The notes beneath the pieces were generated by a model. It worked only from the letters and a program-made list of their open reading frames with translations. It was not told where the DNA came from and searched no databases. Below are positions 38,936-47,053 of a stretch of 64,000 nt of DNA, one piece after another (position 1 is the first letter of the stretch; each line of letters begins with the position of its first letter). The position numbers and the translations under genes are program-made. This DNA comes from Flavobacteriales bacterium (GTDB lineage: Bacteria; Bacteroidota; Bacteroidia; NS11-12g; UBA955), in NCBI GenBank assembly GCA_024643755.1, contig JAHEMG010000006.1:573-64572 (forward strand), in the 5' to 3' direction.

Positions 38936-39661
38936 TTAGGGATACTCCACTTTGGTCAGGAACAGACCCTCCGCGGGCACAGAATTGCCGGCATCGCTGC
39001 GATTGCCATTGGCAAAAATCTGCTGAAATTCGCCTTCTGAGATTTTGTCCAAACCAACATCGACCAAAGTGCCTACGATGGCTCTCACCATGTTTCTCAA
39101 GAACCGATTGGCTTGGATGGTAAAGCAATAGCCGTTACCCATGGTAGTCCACTCAGCTTTGAATACGGTGCATAATGGATTGTTGTTAGGCGCTTCGCCT
39201 TTGCAGAATGCGGAAAAATCGTGCTGACCAACCAATAAAGCGGCACAGTGATTCATCGTTTCAATGTTCAAGGAATGTGCGTACCACCAAAAGGTTTTGG
39301 GCGCAAAGGGATCTTTGCCATCTTGTATATGGTACTCGTATTCACGCAATGTGGCATCGAAGCGGGCATGGAAATCATCGGCACATGGGGCTACCGCGAA
39401 AATTTTAATATCGGCGGGGAGCATTTTGTTGAGTCGGTGACCCAAATCGGCGGGTAGGTTTTCCGAACCATCAAAGTGTGCCACGAAATATTTCGCATGT
39501 ACGCCGGCATCCGTGCGTCCGCAGCCCATGGTTTCAATGGGGGTGTTGGCTATGGTGCTTAAGGCGCGGTCCAGTGCATCTTGAACGGTGGGTGCGTTGG
39601 GTTGAATTTGCCAGCCAGCGTAATTGCTGCCATTGTAGGCCAATTCAATTTTGTATCGCAT
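38936..39661 (-). CDS. truA: tRNA pseudouridine(38-40) synthase TruA
   Basis: Start MRYKIELAYNGSNYAGWQIQ; catalytic GRTDAGVHA. The ATG at 39661 lies 1 nt after the thiolase stop. The longer track version overlaps the thiolase gene. Confidence 0.92.
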   Translation of the reverse strand: MRYKIELAYNGSNYAGWQIQPNAPTVQDALDRALSTIANTPIETMGCGRTDAGVHAKYFVAHFDGSENLPADLGHRLNKMLPADIKIFAVAPCADDFHARFDATLREYEYHIQDGKDPFAPKTFWWYAHSLNIETMNHCAALLVGQHDFSAFCKGEAPNNNPLCTVFKAEWTTMGNGYCFTIQANRFLRNMVRAIVGTLVDVGLDKISEGEFQQIFANGNRSDAGNSVPAEGLFLTKVEYP

Positions 39662-39662
39662 A

Positions 39663-40865
39663 TTAACAGTTTTCGTAAACAATCGCGCAGCCTTGGCCAA
39701 CACCAATGCACATGGTAGCAAGTCCGTATCGCAGCGATGGATTGCGTTTCATGTGGTGCAGCAGGGTTGCAGAAATTCGCGTACCTGAGGCGCCAAGGGG
39801 ATGTCCGATAGCGATACTACCGCCATTGGGATTCACGATGCTTCTATCGATTTCTAAAGCCCTCATACTGGCAATTACCTGAGATGCGAAAGCTTCATTG
39901 AGTTCGGCCACGCCGAGGTCCTTGACAGAGATACCGGCATTTTTCAGGGCCTTTTGCGATGCGGGTACCGGTCCGATACCCATGATGCTAGGATCTACAC
40001 CTGCTGCGCCAAAGCCAGCAATTCTCGCCATGGGTGTGAGGCCGAGTTGTTTCACCATTTCCTCTGATGCCAAAATACTCACAGCAGCGCCATCATTGAT
40101 CCCAGAGCTGTTTCCGGCAGTTACGGTGCCACCGTCGCGGAATGCGGGTTTGAGCGATGCCAAAACACTGACTTCGCTCAATCTTGGGTGTTCGTCTACA
40201 GCAAATAGTAGGGGTTCTCCCTTTCGCTGAGGAATGGAAACAGGGGCGATTTCGTTATTGAAATTTCCGGCAGCTTGGGCATTTTTCCAATTCAATTGTG
40301 TCTCATAGGCAAATTGGTCTTGGTCTTCCCGTGAAATATGAAATTGTTCAGCCACATTTTCTGCGGTTTCGCCCATGGAATAGGGATGATATAATTTTGA
40401 CAACGCAGGGTTGGTGAAGCGCCAACCGATGGTGGTGTCGTGGATTTCAGTGGTTCTCGCAAAGGCAGATTCGGCTTTCGCCATCACAAAAGGCGCACGC
40501 GTCATACTCTCAGTTCCTCCTGCCAAAATCAAATGGGCCTGTCCCGAAGCAATGGCCATCGCTCCGTTCATGATACTCTGCAATCCGCTGGCGCACAAAC
40601 GGTTTACAGTATATCCTGGGACGCTTGTAGGAATGCCCGCCAACAATGACGCCATTCGAGCTACGTTGCGGTTGTCTTCCCCCGCTTGGTTCGCGGCGCC
40701 CAAAATCACCTCGTCAATAAGCGATAGGTCGATGTTTGGATTGCGTTTGAGAATGGATAGGATGACGTGGGCTGCCAGGTCATCTGGTCGCACTGCTGCC
40801 AATGTTCCACCAAATTTGCCTACGGGCGTTCTCAGAATGTCGATCACATAAACGGGTTGATTCAT
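39663..40865 (-). CDS. Acetyl-CoA C-acyltransferase (thiolase)
   Basis: 400 aa. NRLCASGLQ (active Cys), NEAFASQ, GHPLGASG, CIGVGQG. Confidence 0.93.
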   Translation of the reverse strand: MNQPVYVIDILRTPVGKFGGTLAAVRPDDLAAHVILSILKRNPNIDLSLIDEVILGAANQAGEDNRNVARMASLLAGIPTSVPGYTVNRLCASGLQSIMNGAMAIASGQAHLILAGGTESMTRAPFVMAKAESAFARTTEIHDTTIGWRFTNPALSKLYHPYSMGETAENVAEQFHISREDQDQFAYETQLNWKNAQAAGNFNNEIAPVSIPQRKGEPLLFAVDEHPRLSEVSVLASLKPAFRDGGTVTAGNSSGINDGAAVSILASEEMVKQLGLTPMARIAGFGAAGVDPSIMGIGPVPASQKALKNAGISVKDLGVAELNEAFASQVIASMRALEIDRSIVNPNGGSIAIGHPLGASGTRISATLLHHMKRNPSLRYGLATMCIGVGQGCAIVYENC

Positions 40866-40910
40866 CGATGCAAAATTCTACATTTTCGGCGATTGCTGTT
40901 GCGTTAATTT

Positions 40911-40918
40911 TATATTTG
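40911..40918 (+). promoter_or_regulatory. -7 box TATATTTG for the 177-aa membrane protein gene
   Basis: Exact TAnnTTTG, 8 nt upstream of the ATG at 40927. Confidence 0.4.
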
Positions 40919-40926
40919 CAAAAACG

Positions 40927-41460
40927 ATGTTTGAAAATCCCCTCCAAAGCCTAAAGCATTCAGCCCAACAATGGTTGGCGATGCTGTTGATGGTTTTGAT
41001 TTCGGGACTCACGTTTTTGCATGTGATCGCCCACAAGCGACAGCAGAAAGAAGTGAAGAGGTACCTGGAAAGGAGTGTGGGCATGAGCTTGTCGGAGGAT
41101 TTGTTTTTGCCGTTGACACCCGAGTTCGAGCACATTAAAAAGGGCGATGAAATTGTGTTCGGTGGTCAGAAATATGATCTATTGAAAGTGACTAGGGTAT
41201 CGAATGGATACTGGGTGAAGGCCTTTAACGATAAAGTGGAGAAGGCGCTGGAAGATCAAATCGCCCAGCAATGTGAACGTGGCTCTGGCGGAAGCAGCAA
41301 AGCACGTCCCATCTGGTTCGATAAGTTGCATTGGGCGGTAAATGATGAGATCGTTGTTTTGCTTGGGCCACCATCCAACTCCCAGTCAATAAATCGGATG
41401 TCTGCCATGGATTTAACCGAAGGCGTTGCATCGGTGAGCGTGCCGCCGCCGCGAGGATGA
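40927..41460 (+). CDS. Hypothetical single-pass membrane protein
   Basis: 177 aa with one N-terminal TM helix (WLAMLLMVLISGLTFLHVIA) and no recognisable motif. Lies upstream of a TonB-dependent receptor. Confidence 0.55.
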   Translation: MFENPLQSLKHSAQQWLAMLLMVLISGLTFLHVIAHKRQQKEVKRYLERSVGMSLSEDLFLPLTPEFEHIKKGDEIVFGGQKYDLLKVTRVSNGYWVKAFNDKVEKALEDQIAQQCERGSGGSSKARPIWFDKLHWAVNDEIVVLLGPPSNSQSINRMSAMDLTEGVASVSVPPPRG

Positions 41461-41556
41461 TATTACCTGAATGTAAGCGAATTTTCACTTTTGTAGGCGC
41501 TGAGGCATTGGTGCTCAGTTTGCCGTTTTCTATTACAGTGTAATACATCCAATTTT

Positions 41557-43800
41557 ATGAAAAAAACAATAATATATACAGCGTTGCTGTGTCTGATGGG
41601 CATGGTGCACGCGCAAGTTGATACAAGAAAATCAACAGATACTACAGATGTTGAATCGTTCGAAGAGGTTCTCGTTTCGTCTCAGCGGTTTCAACAAAGA
41701 AGAAAAGAAACGCCCCGACAGATTGAGGTGGTTAGTGCAAAGCGATTGTCGGAGTTACAACCCGCTACTTTGGGCGATGCATTAATTAATACCGGACAGG
41801 TGTTTGTGCAGAAAAGTCAAATGGGTGGCAGCTCTCCCGTGTTACGTGGGTTTGAGGCATCTCGGGTTTTGATGGTGATTGATGGTGTTCGGATGAACAA
41901 CGCCACTTATCGAGCCGGACACTTACAGGATATCATCACCATTGATCCTTTTATTTTGGATCGCATGGAAGTGAATTTTGGTGCGGGCTCTACTTTATAT
42001 GGTTCCGATGCTTTGGGCGGGGTGCTGTACTTCAAAACCAAAGATCCCAGTTTGGGAGAATTCTCGGTGAAGCCCACTGCTACGATGCGATACCTATCGG
42101 CAAGTAATTCGGTGATTGGGAATGTGGGGTTGAAGGTTCAGAGTAAAAAGGTGGGCTTGTTGCTGTCGGCCACCCGCAGTCAATTTGGTGATTTACGCAG
42201 TGGAAGCAAAAACTATTCTGATTGGGATACGTTTGGCTTGTTACCAAGATATGTGGGTCGGGTAAACGGTCGCGATACAGTATTGGTGAATGCCGATCCA
42301 CACGTGCAAAAGGGTACGGGGTACTCACAAACTGATTTGTTCGCAAAGTTGTTTGCCAAAACGGGCAAGGTGGAACACCTGTTGAACTGGCAACAGTCGA
42401 TGTCTGACTTGGTACCGCGTTACGATCGGATGTCGCAGTTTTCGAACGGTAAGCCGGTGTACGGAAGGTGGGATTATGCACCACAGAATCGTTCGTTTTT
42501 ATCCTACACGGCGAGAGTGGGTGCGGAAAAGCATCATACGCGTTTGGTGTTAGCACAGCAGTCGACGGCGGTATCCCGCGTTACCCGGAATTTTGGCAGT
42601 TTGGTAGAGCGTACGCAGCGCGATGATGTGACAATGCGCACGGTGAATTTGGATCGCCACGATGCGTTCGGAAAATCCTTTGTGTTGAATTCTGGTATTG
42701 AAATGGTGTGGAATGCGGTGAATTCGGTGGGAATTAATAAAAATATTTCTACGTTGGCAGAAACTACCACAAAAGCGCGATACAGCGATTCAGGTGCAAA
42801 CACACAGATGCATTCGGTGTTTGCGCAGGGGATATATCGCATCGACAAAACAGGTACGGTAATACAAGGGGGTGTGAGGGTTTCGTCTTATGCATTGGAG
42901 GCTTTGTTTTCGAAAGCCAATCCTTGGAAGTTGCCTTACTCGTCGATATCATTTGCTTCAACCACGCCGAGTTATGATTTGGGATTGACGCAGCAATTGC
43001 GGAAGGGTTTGTTGTTGAAGGCGAGTGTGAATCAGGCGTATCGCAATCCTAATGTGGATGATATGACCAAGGTGTTTGATAGCAAGCCGGGTGCGAAGTT
43101 GTTGGTGCCAAGTGCAGATTTAAAGGCGGAGCAAAGCAGGACCATCGACATGGGTGTTTTGTGGCGCAAAGACAGAGCGTTTGCTTTGGAAGCAGGTGTT
43201 TTCGGAAGCGCGGTCAAGAACTTGCTCTTGGATCAGCCGGGCAGTTTGAACGGCGCGGATTCTTTGATGTATGATGGTCGATTAACGCCTGTGTATCAAT
43301 TGAAGAATGTGGCGGTTGGACATATTTCTGGATTGTATTTGAATGCCAAGGTGCGGTTGGTGCGGGAGTTGTGGTTTTCGGGTTCAGTGACACAGACCAA
43401 GGGGGTTTATCAGTTGAATGATGCGGCGGCGGAGCAGCCATTGGATCATATTCCGCCGGTGTATGGTCAGGCATCCTTGCGCTGGAACGGGGATGGTTGG
43501 TTTGTTGAGGGACAGTGTTTGTTTAATGGTAGGAAGCGTGCGGAAGATTATTCCAGCAGTGGGGAGGACAACCAAGACAAGCAGCCCATTGGATTGGTGG
43601 ATGTGAATGGCGATGGCAAGGCGGATGGTTTTAATCCTGCTTGGCAGTGCTGGAACATTCGCGGGGGGTATCAACATCGTTCGGGTTTGAGTGTTTCGAT
43701 GGCGATGGAGAATCTGTTGGATTTGCATTACCGCTATTTTGCCAGTGGTGTAAGTACTGCGGGTAGGTCGATGAATGTGAGTTTGATGTATTCCTTTTAA
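41557..43800 (+). CDS. TonB-dependent outer-membrane receptor
   Basis: 747 aa with signal peptide. Plug motifs (VLRGFEASRVLMVIDGVRMNN, GSDALGGVLYF), YRNPNVDDM barrel motif, terminal aromatic ...SLMYSF. Confidence 0.9.
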   Translation: MKKTIIYTALLCLMGMVHAQVDTRKSTDTTDVESFEEVLVSSQRFQQRRKETPRQIEVVSAKRLSELQPATLGDALINTGQVFVQKSQMGGSSPVLRGFEASRVLMVIDGVRMNNATYRAGHLQDIITIDPFILDRMEVNFGAGSTLYGSDALGGVLYFKTKDPSLGEFSVKPTATMRYLSASNSVIGNVGLKVQSKKVGLLLSATRSQFGDLRSGSKNYSDWDTFGLLPRYVGRVNGRDTVLVNADPHVQKGTGYSQTDLFAKLFAKTGKVEHLLNWQQSMSDLVPRYDRMSQFSNGKPVYGRWDYAPQNRSFLSYTARVGAEKHHTRLVLAQQSTAVSRVTRNFGSLVERTQRDDVTMRTVNLDRHDAFGKSFVLNSGIEMVWNAVNSVGINKNISTLAETTTKARYSDSGANTQMHSVFAQGIYRIDKTGTVIQGGVRVSSYALEALFSKANPWKLPYSSISFASTTPSYDLGLTQQLRKGLLLKASVNQAYRNPNVDDMTKVFDSKPGAKLLVPSADLKAEQSRTIDMGVLWRKDRAFALEAGVFGSAVKNLLLDQPGSLNGADSLMYDGRLTPVYQLKNVAVGHISGLYLNAKVRLVRELWFSGSVTQTKGVYQLNDAAAEQPLDHIPPVYGQASLRWNGDGWFVEGQCLFNGRKRAEDYSSSGEDNQDKQPIGLVDVNGDGKADGFNPAWQCWNIRGGYQHRSGLSVSMAMENLLDLHYRYFASGVSTAGRSMNVSLMYSF

Positions 43801-43846
43801 GGGGTGTGTGATTTGTCGCGGCGAGCCCGAAGGGCCGCCGCGCCGG

Positions 43847-43887
43847 AAAGGGTTGGGCAGCGCGAGCTGCCCAACCCTTTCTTTTTA
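43847..43887 (+). terminator. Rho-independent terminator after the TonB-dependent receptor
   Basis: Perfect 15-bp stem aaagggttgggcagc / gctgcccaacccttt, loop gcga, then cTTTTT. It is preceded by a second GC hairpin cgcggcg-agcccgaagggc-cgccgcg (43818-43842). Confidence 0.85.
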
Positions 43888-43926
43888 TCGCCCCGAATGG
43901 AATTGGCGGCTTCCATGAGACTTTCG

Positions 43927-43934
43927 TATCTTTG
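43927..43934 (+). promoter_or_regulatory. -7 box TATCTTTG for yebC
   Basis: Exact TAnnTTTG, 8 nt upstream of the ATG at 43943. Confidence 0.4.
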
Positions 43935-43942
43935 CCCCCATT

Positions 43943-44662
43943 ATGGGAAGGATTTTTGAAAAACGTAAGCATACCATGTTTGCTCGCTTCGACCGAATGG
44001 CCAAGCAGTTTACCCGCATCGGAAAAGAAATCGCTATCGCGGTGAAGCAAGGTGGACCGATGCCGGAAAATAATCCCAAACTACGCACCGTTATTCAAAA
44101 CGCAAAGGCAGTAAATATGCCCAAGGATAGGGTAGATGCTGCGATTAAGCGCGCCAGCTCAAAAGGCGATTCAGAAAATTACGAAGAAGTACGCTTTGAA
44201 GGATATGCCCCTCATGGTGTGGCTGTATTGGTAGAAACGGCCACCGACAACAACACCAGAACTGTTGCCAACGTGCGCATGCATTTTAACAAAGGCGGCG
44301 GGGCGATGGGTAAAACGGGTTCTTTGGATTTTATCTTTACCCGCAAAGGCGTGCTGAAAATTGAAAAGGCGAAAATGGGTGGTCGTGACTTGGATGAGTT
44401 TGAATTTGAATTGATCGATTTCGGACTGGATGAGGTGGCATTTGATGAGGAGATGGTCTATGTATATTGTGATTTTACTTCTTTCGGACAGATGCAGAAG
44501 GCGCTGGAGGATATGGGTATTGAGGTGAATACGGCTGAATTGCAATACGTACCCAATACTTGGGTAGATTTAACGGAAGAACAAGCCAAGGAAGTGTTGG
44601 ATTTGGTGGATCGATTGGAAGGGGATGATGATGTGCAGAATGTATATCACAATTTGCGCTAA
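43943..44662 (+). CDS. yebC: YebC/PmpR family DNA-binding transcriptional regulator
   Basis: 239 aa. [30 protein letters not shown] and the overall YebC pattern. Confidence 0.9.
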   Translation: MGRIFEKRKHTMFARFDRMAKQFTRIGKEIAIAVKQGGPMPENNPKLRTVIQNAKAVNMPKDRVDAAIKRASSKGDSENYEEVRFEGYAPHGVAVLVETATDNNTRTVANVRMHFNKGGGAMGKTGSLDFIFTRKGVLKIEKAKMGGRDLDEFEFELIDFGLDEVAFDEEMVYVYCDFTSFGQMQKALEDMGIEVNTAELQYVPNTWVDLTEEQAKEVLDLVDRLEGDDDVQNVYHNLR

Positions 44663-44704
44663 TTTTTTGCGCGGTTGATAAGTAGATTGTGGTGCCCGAA
44701 GGGC

Positions 44705-44739
44705 AAAAAAAAGAGGGCGGAATTTCCGCCCTCTTTTTT
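44705..44739. terminator. Bidirectional rho-independent terminator between convergent yebC and the DUF1573 gene
   Basis: 10-bp stem aagagggcgg / ccgccctctt, loop aattt, flanked by A8 on the left and T6 on the right. Confidence 0.8.
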
Positions 44740-44757
44740 GTTGTTGTTGGGAAAGGG

Positions 44758-45930
44758 TTATTTGGGACAGGTTTGACATTCGATGACTTTGGCATCGAAA
44801 ACTGCCCGCAAGGGGATGTTGCGTTCAGGTTGTGTTGGGTCGTTGCTGACAATCCAAATGCCGTAATTGGCATTGCCTTTTTTCAGTACGGTTTCGAAAA
44901 AGATCTTCACGGTAGCAGATTCTCCGGCTGGAATGGTGAGTTTGGCCCGAGGATATTGGTTCGATTTGTTGTTGGGGAATTTGAGGGATATACAACCACA
45001 ATCTGCTGCCAATTCGTGTATCACCAAGGTAGATTGTCCGGTGTTTTTGAGTGTGATTTCTCCAGTGAGGATATCGCCAGCAACTTGTTTTCCGAAATTG
45101 ATTTCGGGTTTGTCGGTGAGAAGTTTGGGCTGCTTGGCCAATTGTTTTGCGTTGAACTTAGGGAAGAACTGTTTGCGGTTATAGTTGACATACATCGCAT
45201 TATACAAAGCCACAGGATTATCGGTGGTAAATGGCAACTCTACGGTTGAGAATCCGTAATGGTTGATTTTTGTTCCGTCGATGATCACAGAAAACTTGCC
45301 GGTTTCGTTGGGTTCGAGTGTGGTTGGGAACGCAGTAATGGTTAAAAAGTTGGGGATCCTACTGGCGTCGATCGGACTGAAATTGGCGGTATAGGGGGTT
45401 TCGTTTGTGATGCGGATGGTTTGCGAATCGATTTGGTTATCGTACAGCGCATTGAATGTAATGGATGGCGCACTGTAGCTCATTTGTCCCATGTCTGGGA
45501 TGGGTGCAGCATTGGGGTCGATTTCTTCCTTAAGTACTTCACCTTCTATATCGAGGTGAACCAAAGGGGCATTGATGGCATTGGAATAGACGGTTATCGA
45601 TTTTTTGAATTCACCGATGCGATTGGTGGTTTCGTAGCGGGCTTCGATGAATCCTTTTCCGCCGGGAGGGATAGAATCGCGTGTCCAATCTGGGGTAGTA
45701 CAGCCACAAGAGGTATGCACTTGTTGAATGAACAAAGTTTGATTGCCGGTATTGGTGAAGGGATATCGGTGCGATGCAAATTTGATGGATTCCGCGACTT
45801 TCCCAAAATTGTGTAAGGTGTGATCGAACAGGATTTCGGGACCTTTGCTAATGGGGGCAGGTTTTTGAGCGATCAGCGATGGCTGTTGGGTAAATAGGAG
45901 GGTAAAAAGGAGTGACGACAGAATTCTCAT
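44758..45930 (-). CDS. Secreted multi-domain DUF1573 (CGC-motif, Ig-like fold) protein
   Basis: 390 aa. Signal peptide MRILSSLLFTLLFTQQPSLIAQ. DUF1573-type modules with HTSCGCTTPDW and AADCGCISLKF. C-terminal CQTC. Confidence 0.7.
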   Translation of the reverse strand: MRILSSLLFTLLFTQQPSLIAQKPAPISKGPEILFDHTLHNFGKVAESIKFASHRYPFTNTGNQTLFIQQVHTSCGCTTPDWTRDSIPPGGKGFIEARYETTNRIGEFKKSITVYSNAINAPLVHLDIEGEVLKEEIDPNAAPIPDMGQMSYSAPSITFNALYDNQIDSQTIRITNETPYTANFSPIDASRIPNFLTITAFPTTLEPNETGKFSVIIDGTKINHYGFSTVELPFTTDNPVALYNAMYVNYNRKQFFPKFNAKQLAKQPKLLTDKPEINFGKQVAGDILTGEITLKNTGQSTLVIHELAADCGCISLKFPNNKSNQYPRAKLTIPAGESATVKIFFETVLKKGNANYGIWIVSNDPTQPERNIPLRAVFDAKVIECQTCPK

Positions 45931-45957
45931 GATAGGTTATGAATGGCTCTAGGGTAT

Positions 45958-45965
45958 CAAAAGTA
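45958..45965 (-). promoter_or_regulatory. -7 box TACTTTTG for the DUF1573 gene (minus strand)
   Basis: Plus strand caaaagta, 27 nt upstream of the ATG at 45930. Confidence 0.35.
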
Positions 45966-46140
45966 GTACCAAAGTTGCAGACGAAGAAAAAAAGATGAAA
46001 GTTGCATGAGGGGTTGCAATAACAGCGTTTTTGGGAGGTGGCGATGGAATTTCGCATCGATTTGGTGAGATAATTGAGATTCTTTTGAAAACACAGCCAT
46101 ATTTTTTTCATATGCTATTGATTTTGACAAATGAAAAGCG

Positions 46141-46148
46141 TAATTTTG
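46141..46148 (+). promoter_or_regulatory. -7 box TAATTTTG, candidate promoter of the ribosomal superoperon
   Basis: Exact TAnnTTTG, 20 nt upstream of the rpsL ATG. The nearest upstream TTTG (46123-46126) is only 14 nt away, so the -33 element is unclear. Confidence 0.4.
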
Positions 46149-46168
46149 CCGTCCTTTTTGGGAAAAAT

Positions 46169-46549
46169 ATGCCAACTATACAACAGCTAATTAGAAAGGG
46201 AAGACAGGAAACTGTTTGGAAGAGTAAGTCTCCAGCACTCGATTCTTGTCCGCAGCGCAGAGGTGTTTGCACCCGCGTATACACAACCACGCCAAAGAAG
46301 CCAAACTCGGCGCTTCGTAAGGTTGCTCGTGTACGTTTGTCGAACGGAAAAGAGGTTAACGCCTACATTCCAGGTGAAGGCCACAACTTGCAGGAACACA
46401 GTATCGTATTGGTACGTGGCGGCAGGGTGAAGGATTTGCCGGGTGTTCGTTATCACATTGTGCGTGGTGCATTAGACACTGCGGGTGTGGAAGGACGTAA
46501 CCAACGCAGAAGTAAGTACGGTACGAAGAAACCAAAGGCTAAGAAATAA
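46169..46549 (+). CDS. rpsL: 30S ribosomal protein S12
   Basis: [13 protein letters not shown]... from the internal ATG of the track ORF; the upstream extension is non-homologous. Confidence 0.97.
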   Translation: MPTIQQLIRKGRQETVWKSKSPALDSCPQRRGVCTRVYTTTPKKPNSALRKVARVRLSNGKEVNAYIPGEGHNLQEHSIVLVRGGRVKDLPGVRYHIVRGALDTAGVEGRNQRRSKYGTKKPKAKK

Positions 46550-46564
46550 TAAGAGTAAAAAGTC

Positions 46565-47035
46565 ATGAGAAAATCGCGCGCTAAAAAACGCATATTGTTG
46601 CCAGATCCCAAGTTCAACGACACCGTTGTAACACGTTTTGTAAACGGGATGATGTATGATGGCAAAAAATCTTTGGCATTCAATATCTTCTATTCTGCTT
46701 TGGATATCGTAGAAGCCAAGGTAACAGAGGAGCCAGGGATTGAAACCTTCCGCAAGGCCTTGAACAACGTAATGCCTACTGTAGAGGTGAAGGCACGTCG
46801 TGTTGGGGGATCAACATTCCAAATTCCAACAGAAGTTCAACCACGTCGCCGTATGGCCGTTGGTATGAAGTGGATGATTGGTTACGCTCGCAAGCGCAAC
46901 GAGAAGTCTATGGCTGAGAAATTGGCTGGTGAGATTTTGGCTGCTGCACGTAACGAAGGTTCTGCTGTGAAGAAAAAAGAGGATACACACAAAATGGCAG
47001 AAGCCAACAAGGCGTTTGCGCACTTTAGAGTTTAA
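46565..47035 (+). CDS. rpsG: 30S ribosomal protein S7
   Basis: [19 protein letters not shown]..., 156 aa, follows rpsL. Confidence 0.97.
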   Translation: MRKSRAKKRILLPDPKFNDTVVTRFVNGMMYDGKKSLAFNIFYSALDIVEAKVTEEPGIETFRKALNNVMPTVEVKARRVGGSTFQIPTEVQPRRRMAVGMKWMIGYARKRNEKSMAEKLAGEILAAARNEGSAVKKKEDTHKMAEANKAFAHFRV

Positions 47036-47053
47036 TAAAAGAGAAATACAAGC

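Noticed and set aside
39662-39721. 20-aa extension of truA overlapping the thiolase 3-prime end. Similar cases are the 13285-13332 extension of the SIS isomerase, the 32790-32813 extension of cmk and the 33538-33561 extension of tpiA.
   Set aside because: The conserved protein N-termini start at the internal ATGs. The extensions overlap upstream genes, terminators or promoter boxes.
41461-41556. Possible riboswitch (cobalamin, TPP or similar) upstream of the TonB-dependent receptor.
   Set aside because: Only 96 nt are available, with a single weak 5-bp hairpin (ctgag...ctcag). I see no conserved riboswitch core such as a B12 box.
43631-44050. 139-aa minus-strand ORF spanning the TonB-dependent receptor 3-prime end, two terminator hairpins and the yebC start.
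   Set aside because: It crosses strong terminator structures and two confirmed genes, and its translation is low-complexity (Pro/Ser/Asn/His-rich).
46031-46168. 46-aa upstream extension of the rpsL ORF.
   Set aside because: S12 universally begins MPTI(N/Q)QL. The extension covers the promoter box and has no homology pattern.
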